This document shows, one piece after another, positions 57,121-64,000 of a stretch of 64,000 bases of DNA (positions are counted from its first letter, which is position 1; the number at the start of each line of letters is the position of its first letter). The translations under genes and the position numbers were made by a program. Under the pieces are notes generated by a model that saw only the letters and a program-made list of their open reading frames with translations, did not search any database and had not been told where the DNA came from. Origin of the DNA: an uncultured delta proteobacterium (GTDB taxonomy: Bacteria > Desulfobacterota > Binatia > Bin18); NCBI GenBank assembly GCA_963733195.1, contig CAVTCR010000074.1, positions 1 through 64,000 on the forward strand. Reading direction: 5' to 3'.

Positions 57121-57981
57121 ATGCACCCTTCCCTTATCCTCCATGGCGGAGCCGGCGCACCAGATCCGACTCAGCACGACGAACGTGAACGTGGTCTGCG
57201 CCGGGCATTTGACGCTGCCTGGGCGATCTTGCAACAGCACGGTTCTGCACTTGATGCGGTTGTACGCGCGGTGAGTGAGCTAGAGAACGAACCTACCTTC
57301 AACGCCGGTATCGGCTCTTGTCTCACCGAAGACGGCGATATCGAGATGGATGCCTCGGTGATGGAAGGCATGATGTTTCGCGTTGGTGCTGTCGGTGCCG
57401 TGCGTACGGTGCGCAATCCAATTCTGCTGGCTCAAGCGATCATGCAATCGCAGCGCCACGTATTTTTTGTCGGTGAAGGCGCGGAACGTTTTGCTCGCGC
57501 CCACGGATTCCCAATTGTTCAGCAAGACGAATTGATCACGCAGCGACAACTTCAACGCTGGCAGGCAAGCCAGCCAGGTTCACCTGGGACCGTTGGGGCA
57601 GTCGCGCGTGATCGTAACGGACATCTGGCAGCTGCAACCTCGACAGGTGGAATGACGAACAAACTCCCAGGCCGTATTGGCGACTCAGCGATCATCGGTG
57701 CCGGGACCTATGCTGATGACAGTTGCGGTGCTGGGTCGGCAACTGGAAAAGGTGAATCGATTATTCGCACAACCCTGACCCGCACGGCGGTTGAGTGGTT
57801 ACGGGATGGGAGAGATCCGATGTGGGCAGCAACGAAAGCGATCGACTTGCTGGAGAAGCGCACACATAGTGAAGCCGGTCTGATTTTGATCGATGCGCTG
57901 GGACGTGTTGGCTATGCGTATAATGCGCCAGCGATGAGTGTGGTGTTTATGGTGGGAGATCTGGTGGTCGTTCATGGTTGA
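57121..57981 (+). CDS. Isoaspartyl peptidase/L-asparaginase (Ntn hydrolase)
   Basis: LHGGAG, FNAGIGS, GTVGAVA, ATSTGG, GRIGDS. Confidence 0.93.
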   Translation: MHPSLILHGGAGAPDPTQHDERERGLRRAFDAAWAILQQHGSALDAVVRAVSELENEPTFNAGIGSCLTEDGDIEMDASVMEGMMFRVGAVGAVRTVRNPILLAQAIMQSQRHVFFVGEGAERFARAHGFPIVQQDELITQRQLQRWQASQPGSPGTVGAVARDRNGHLAAATSTGGMTNKLPGRIGDSAIIGAGTYADDSCGAGSATGKGESIIRTTLTRTAVEWLRDGRDPMWAATKAIDLLEKRTHSEAGLILIDALGRVGYAYNAPAMSVVFMVGDLVVVHG

Positions 57982-58024
57982 CTTTCGGTAATGGAGAATC
58001 GAGTCTAGAATAGACAGAACGACT

Positions 58025-58765
58025 ATGTCTTTCACGACCGACGACTTTCATACTCTTGTTCGCATGGTCGAAGACCACCCTGAATGGCGGGCAGATCTTC
58101 GCCGTCTTCTTTTGACTGACGAGCTGCTGTTGCTGCCGGAGCAAATGGTCCAGTTCCGCGCGCAAACCGAGCTGCAATTCCAGGAACTACGAGGCGCCAT
58201 AACGCGTCTCGTAGAAGCGCAACAACGCACCGAAGCGCGTGTGGAGGCGTTGGCTGAAGCGCAGCTGCAAACTGAAACGCAAATTGCAACGCTCGTAGAA
58301 GCAGGGCAAAAGTTGGTGACTGATGTTGGTACATTAAAAGGCATGAGCCTTGAATATGAGTATCGCAGCAAAGTGTTTGCCTACTTTAGCCGAGTGATCA
58401 ACCGCCCGCACGTGCTTGGTCCCGATGAATTGGCGACCCTCCTATCCGATGCTGTGGATGCCGGAGTGCTCTCTGATACGCAAGCGCATGAAATCTCACT
58501 GGCGGATATTGTTATTCGGGGGAAACGTGGGAAAGGCGGGGCTGACGTCTACCTCGTGGTCGAGGTGTTGTGGGGAGTAGGAGAACAAGAGGTCGATCGT
58601 GCGGTTCAGCGAGCGGCGTTGTTGGCCCAACTTGGTACGCCGGTGATCCCAGTCGTTGCAGGACGGTGGGTGACTCCTGATGCGGCGCGATTTGCGCACG
58701 AGAGCCACGTCTGGCAACTACGGAACGGGTCGGCCATTCCGCCCGCACCTGCTCCGGATGGTTAA
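58025..58765 (+). CDS. Hypothetical protein: coiled-coil repeats plus possible PD-(D/E)XK-like C-terminal domain
   Basis: EAQQRTEARVEALAEAQ heptads; ADIVIRG...YLVVEV. Confidence 0.6.
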   Translation: MSFTTDDFHTLVRMVEDHPEWRADLRRLLLTDELLLLPEQMVQFRAQTELQFQELRGAITRLVEAQQRTEARVEALAEAQLQTETQIATLVEAGQKLVTDVGTLKGMSLEYEYRSKVFAYFSRVINRPHVLGPDELATLLSDAVDAGVLSDTQAHEISLADIVIRGKRGKGGADVYLVVEVLWGVGEQEVDRAVQRAALLAQLGTPVIPVVAGRWVTPDAARFAHESHVWQLRNGSAIPPAPAPDG

Positions 58766-60588
58766 CTGCTGTTTGGATGCTGGGTGTGAGGGGTAAGGGT
58801 TGGGAACTGACAACTGACGACTGACAACTTCTTTCGCCCTGTGATTTGTTTGTGCCCTAGACTCTAGACCCTAGACTTTCTAACAGCGCCTTCGCCTCTT
58901 GCAAATCTTTCGTATCAAACCCTTCGGTAAACCAGTTGTAAATCTCGGATAACATCTGGTGAGCTTCCTTCTGCTTGCCTTGCTGTTGCCAGAGACGAGC
59001 GAGGCTCGTGGTGGCACGGAGTTCGAGCGACTTCGTCTTCTGTTCGCGAGCCGTCTCAATTGCGTGCTGAAAACAGGCCTCGGCTTCCACTTCAATTTCT
59101 GCTCTTCGCTGGCTGTCCTGCGCTTCCGGATTGCTCCGAGTCTCCGCCAGCAGCAACTCTCCGTTGAGTCGATAGACTTCTTCCTCCCAATACCGGTCGC
59201 CGTACGTGGGGCGAATCGTCAAGGCCTCTTCCAGGACGGTCCAACCTTCCTCGAACTGGCCTGTCTCGATGTACGCCTCAAGCTGCAGGGCCAGCCAATA
59301 CTGTAAGAGGCCTTGTCCGCCTGTGGCGCGCTGAGCGGCCAGCCCTTGCCGCATTTTGGTAATGTCCTCTTCGTGACATCCTTGCCCGGCGAGCGCTGAG
59401 CCCAACATGATAGATAGTTGCGCAACAAAATAGGGCAGGCCAAACTCGGTCGCAAAGGCTATGCAGACTTCAGCCCGCTCTTGGAGGGCCGGCCACTCTC
59501 GGCGAAGATGATGAATTTGGGCTATCGCGGCTAAACCGTATGCCACACTGTTGGCGTGAGAGAGGCCCTGGACAAGCACGAGGGCTTCTTGGGCTCGCGT
59601 GAGTGCCTGATCCGGATACCCCAGTAACCACAAGACCTGCATAGCGTGCAGCCGACAAGCGACTCCGGGGTCCTGTCCGTAGCGGAGAGCATGGGCACGG
59701 TGCCACTGGGGGTCATAGAGTGTGATGCCTTGTTCCACATGAGCGAGCGCCTCCGGATACTCGCCAGTCCATACCCGCGTGTTGCCCTGTACATGGTGCG
59801 CTTCGATGAGCAACTCTGGGTCCTGGGCCTCCCGTGCGATACGGAAAACTTCCTCCGCCAGCTCGCGTGCTTTCTGGTGCTCCGCCCGCATAGAATGATA
59901 GTGCATCAAGCCGCAGAGCACAGGAAAGATTTGCATTTTATCGCTTGTCTGCTCACAGAGTTCCCGCGCACGGTGGAAGGCGTGTTCGACTTCGGGAGAG
60001 GCAAAGCCATGGGTCGCAATACGCAATGCGCCCAAGGTTAGCTGCAAACTGAGTTCTTGCTGCATGCGTTCGGGGGTGTCGGGCAAGGTCTTCAGCAGCG
60101 CCAGACCCGTAGTAAGATGATTGACCGCTTCGGCGTTAGCACTGCGTTGGCTCGCTCGCTGTCCTGCCTGCTGCCAATACGGAATGGCCTGCTCTATTAA
60201 GCCTGCCTCGGTGTAGTGATGCGCGACTAACTCAGGTTGGCTCTCGACGGTCTCGACAAACTGTTCCACTAACACCTGCGCCACCTGTTGATGCAACTGC
60301 TGGCGGCGGCTCTTGAGCAACGACTGATAGGCCGTGTCCTGCACTAGCGCATGTTTGAAGAGATAACGCGCCTGCGGCGGCACGCCACTCTGAAATACGA
60401 GTTCGGCCTCGACTAACTGCTGGAGACTCTGTTGTAACGTCTCTTCGTGCAACGGTGAGACGGCATGGAGCAACTCATAAGTGAATTCGCGTCCCGAGTG
60501 TAGCACCTAGTTGCGCGATCTCTTTGGCCGTTCCGAGTCGATCCAGCCGGGCCATCAGTGCATCCTGCAACGTGGCAGGAATGCCAAG

Positions 60589-60616
60589 GTAGGGGCGTAT
60601 TGCAATACGCCCCTAC
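60589..60616. repeat. Perfect 28-bp GTAG-type REP palindrome inside coding sequence
   Basis: GTAGGGGCGTATTGCAATACGCCCCTAC. Confidence 0.9.
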
Positions 60617-61697
60617 ATTTTGTTCCACCACCATCTTGGTCAGCTCTTCCACAAACAGCGGCACGCCGTCGGTCTTGCTCGCAATCTGCCGCACGACCTC
60701 TCGCGGTAGCACTTTGTCACCTGTGACCTTTTCCACCATCATTTCTGCGTGGGTTTGCCCCAGCCGACTGAGCGTCAACTGACTGAGATAGGAATGAGAG
60801 CCCCACAGCGGCGTAAACTCCGGTCGGAACGTTAATACCGCTAACAGCTGCGTTGTCGGCACTTGATTCAGGAAGAGTGCGAGCAATTCCAGGGTGGATG
60901 GGTCCGCCCAATGTAAGTCTTCCCAGGCATAAGTCATCGCTTGCTGATTTGCCTCCTCACAGAGCCAAGCGACGAGCGCTTCGTGAGTTTTTTCTTTCTG
61001 TTTTTGCGGGCTGAGGGACAGCGAGGGATGCCCTTCTGGATGGGGTAGCGAGAGGAGTGCGGCGAACAATGGCCAAGTGTCCGCTTGGGGGAAGCGATAA
61101 CCACTGAGTGCCCGCCGGAGTTTCTCCAGCTTGGTGTCCGGTGTCTCTTCGAGATCAAACTTCAGCATCCGTTGAAGGTGGTCGATGATTGGATACAAGG
61201 CGCTATTCTGATGATACGGTGATCAGCGCAACTCCAGACAGCCTGCGCCTTCGTGTTCAACACTATCCTTGAGTGCCTCTACCAAGCGAGATTTGCCAAT
61301 GCCCGGCTCCCCGCTGAGTAAGACGACCTGCCCGGTCCCGTCTTTCACCCGCTCCCAGCGCTCGCGTAACAGGCCAAACTCATGTTCGCGCCCGACAAGC
61401 GGGGTGAGCCCTTTGCGTGCAACCACCTGAAACCGACTCCGGGCTTCGCTCTCCTTGACTATGCGATAAAGCGTTAATGGAGTCGAGACTCCTTTGAGTT
61501 CTGTCTGCCCACGGTCCTCACACTCAAACAAGCCTTCGACCAGGCGATAGGTAGCCGCACTGATGAACACCGTATCAGGCTCAGCTTGCCCTTGGATGCG
61601 AGCCGCAAGGTTGGGCGTCTCACCCAAGGCGAGGAGCTCGCGTTTTTCTCCACCGCCCATCTCGCCTACGACGACTAACCCGGTGTGAATGCCAATA

Positions 61698-62953
61698 GGA
61701 AAACGAGTGGGTAAAATTTGATATTTTCACAGGGGCGGCAGCATACAGGTGAGGATCTTCAAGCGCAGATACTCTTCGTCGCGCAGGCCATACGCGCGGC
61801 GCTGGATGACCCGAATCTTGTTGTTGAGCCCCTCGACGAAGCCTAGCGAGACGTGTTAGCGGGATGGCAGTACGAGGCGATACCATCCCAATGACGATCG
61901 ATCAACGCGGCGAACTTCTCGTAGGGTTTGAGCCGTTGCCATTTCAGGCTCGCGCGCCAGTGCTCGAAGAAGCGCCGCGCCCAGCACTCGCGCTCGTAGT
62001 CCCAGAGCTGGCCGAAGGACTCCTTGAGAAAGTAGAGGGTGCGCAGCCGCTTGTTCGACGCGAGCAGGACCTTCAAGCTTTGCCGCGCGGCGCTTGTCAG
62101 ATTCTCTCGATGCGAGAGCAGCGTATATTTCTGCCCCTTGATGTAGCGCCGGTCTTTGCCACTGAGCCGCCGATACTCGGCCTTGCGCACCTGAGTCGAG
62201 GGCGTCGCCCAGATGACACAGATGTGAAACTGGTCGAACAGGATCGCCGCTTGCGGCGCATACGTCGTAGTCGCATTGAGAAACGGCTTCCACATGTCCA
62301 TCACCGCCAGCCGAATCCCCGCAGCCTTCCTCTGGCCAAGCCACTCGTAGAACTGCCTCATGCTCGCTTCCGAGCGATCCTCGCCGCCAAACCAGATCGC
62401 TCGCCGTCGGATCAAATCGCTCACCACGATGCGGTAGGTGTGACCTTTGCGAATCGCGATCTCGTCGATGCCGATCACCTGCGGCCCGGGCGTTCCGGCA
62501 TTGGCCACTTGCGCCGTCATGTACTGCTTCTCCAGCGCCTTGACCGTGTCCCAATCCAGGTGCAGTTCCTCGGCAATCTCTTTGATCGTCGCCGAGCGAC
62601 ATCGTTTGCCGACGTAGTGAGCGAAGCGCTGGGTATAGAAGGGGTTGGCGGCCAGAGAATCGAGCCGTTCGCGCTTCACCGTGCCGCAGCTCTTGCACTG
62701 CAGACGCCGAACCTCGAATTCCAGGTAGACGCGGCGATCGCCACAGGACAGATCGCGCACGCGCCGGGTGCGGCGATCGTACCACCCACTGTAAATCCGA
62801 CCACAGCAACCGCAGGCTGTTTTTTTGACCGCCGGACCAGATCAATAACGCACGCCTTCGGATCACCAAAGATCCCGCGTATCGCGGGAGGCGGACGAAA
62901 AGGGAAGGCAACGCATCCACGAGCCGCCGCTTTCGTTTCGTTGAGGTAGCCAT
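61698..62953 (-). mobile_element. ISL3-family element (transposase 62953-61727; termini appear truncated)
   Basis: GIFGDPKA...RRSKK (A7 slip site) to CGCCG zinc finger, IGIDE, AVMDMWKPF, EGLNNKIRVIQRRAYGLR. Confidence 0.9.
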
Positions 62954-63544
62954 GCGCCCAGCACACACCAACACCTCGCCATCTTCATCAATCGCCAGCC
63001 GTTTGGCCTTGATCAGGTCAGCTTTGAGGTCGTCTACATACGCATCATCGATCCCAAAGCGACGTTTTAAGACCCGGTAGGCAACCCGTTGGTCGCGCTG
63101 GAGCAACTCCAGTACTTGGGTCAGCACCTCATCATAGGTCATGGGTGAACCTCTAGCAGAGTGGGAGTGTCGGTTTGAAGAGCCTCTCTGACCTCTGTAC
63201 TCCTTTGCCTCCCGCGGAGCAAGCAGAACGCCCACTGGTCAGGCGACTGAATCAAACCACACGAGATTCGTCCAGGTGCTCAATCGTCCTTTCCTTATTT
63301 GTCGGCTCTGGCATTCTTTTCCCGGTATGCCACTAATAGTCACCGGTTCCTCATTTCTCAGTACATAAACATCCGATTTGCCCACTCTCCGATTCTTCGT
63401 TGCCAATTTTTCTCTTTCGCCGCTTCCCCTCTTAACCTTTTCGCCTTGCCTGCCTGTCCTCTGGCATTCTTTTTAGCAGTATGTCACTAATAATCCTCAG
63501 TTCTCTCGTTCTTCCGAATTTTTACTTTAAGGAGGGTGGACAGC

Positions 63545-64000
63545 ATGGCTAAAACTAGTGGAAATGATCTGGTTGTCAAATCATTAAAGGATGAAGGCGT
63601 GGATACGGTCTTCTATCTCACCGGCGGACCGATGGTCGATGTGGCATCACGTTGTATTGAGATTGGCTTTCGTTCAGTTGACGTGCGGCACGAACAAGCA
63701 GCGGCAATGGCTGCGCATTCATATAGCCGCGTACTCGGCAAACCAGGGGTATGCTTTGCAGCGTCAGGTCCTGGCGCAACCAACCTGATAACTGGCGTTG
63801 GCAATGCGTTTCTTGATGCCGTGCCGGTAGTGGCATTAGGCGGTGCGAGTGCACTGTCACAATCTGGTATGGGTGCATTCCAAGAGATGGATCAGGTCGG
63901 CATGTTCAAACCGATTACCAAGTGGTCGGAACGGGTCATGGATGTGCGTCGCGTTCCTGAGATCATCAATAAAGCCTTTCGTGTCGCTACCGGTGGACAG
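63545..64000 (+). CDS. Thiamine pyrophosphate-dependent enzyme (acetolactate synthase/2-hydroxyacyl-CoA lyase-like), runs off the window
   Basis: RBS AAGGAGG; MAKTSGNDLVVKSLKDEGV, VRHEQAAAMAA, SGPGATNL. Confidence 0.9.
   Translation, partial: MAKTSGNDLVVKSLKDEGVDTVFYLTGGPMVDVASRCIEIGFRSVDVRHEQAAAMAAHSYSRVLGKPGVCFAASGPGATNLITGVGNAFLDAVPVVALGGASALSQSGMGAFQEMDQVGMFKPITKWSERVMDVRRVPEIINKAFRVATGGQ

Larger units (their letters stand above)
58857..63142 (-). pseudogene. Second cyclase-AAA-TPR paralog, interrupted by ISL3 and lacking the cyclase N-terminal core
   Basis: MTYDEVLTQV... N-terminus (63142-62955); IGIHTG, GETPNLAAR, GEPGIGKS and WFTEGFDT from 61696 downwards; no AERRQLTVMFCD segment. 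Confidence 0.85.

Overview
Bacterial chromosomal window of moderately high GC. The gene style (cyclase-AAA-TPR paralogs, LLM/CoA-transferase/acyl-CoA dehydrogenase catabolic genes, ccsA-hemA-hemC-hemD-hemB) suggests a Binatota/deltaproteobacterial-like organism; this is inference only. Single-base frameshifts are frequent even in housekeeping genes (hemA, hemC, hemD, malQ), so most are probably sequencing or assembly indels, and I merged split ORFs into single genes. Region 1-16.2 kb is accessory. It holds (i) a three-gene secreted module: a giant PKD/FG-GAP/Ig surface protein, a membrane-anchored carboxypeptidase-regulatory-like protein, and a secreted zinc phospholipase C/P1-nuclease-like protein; and (ii) a minus-strand array of attC-like sites with no integrase (CALIN-like) carrying amidase, higBA (IS-disrupted) and methyltransferase cassettes. 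The array is bracketed by two ~89% identical copies of the 3' end of the PLC-like gene. Region 16.2-64 kb is mostly metabolic or housekeeping genes, with two adenylate/guanylate cyclase-STAND-TPR genes (one disrupted by ISL3), toxin-antitoxin genes and remnants, a membrane-anchored SNF2 helicase, and many REP/MITE and heptamer repeats, some inside coding sequences. I saw no rRNA, tRNA or CRISPR array. All family calls come from motif recognition by eye; no searches were run.
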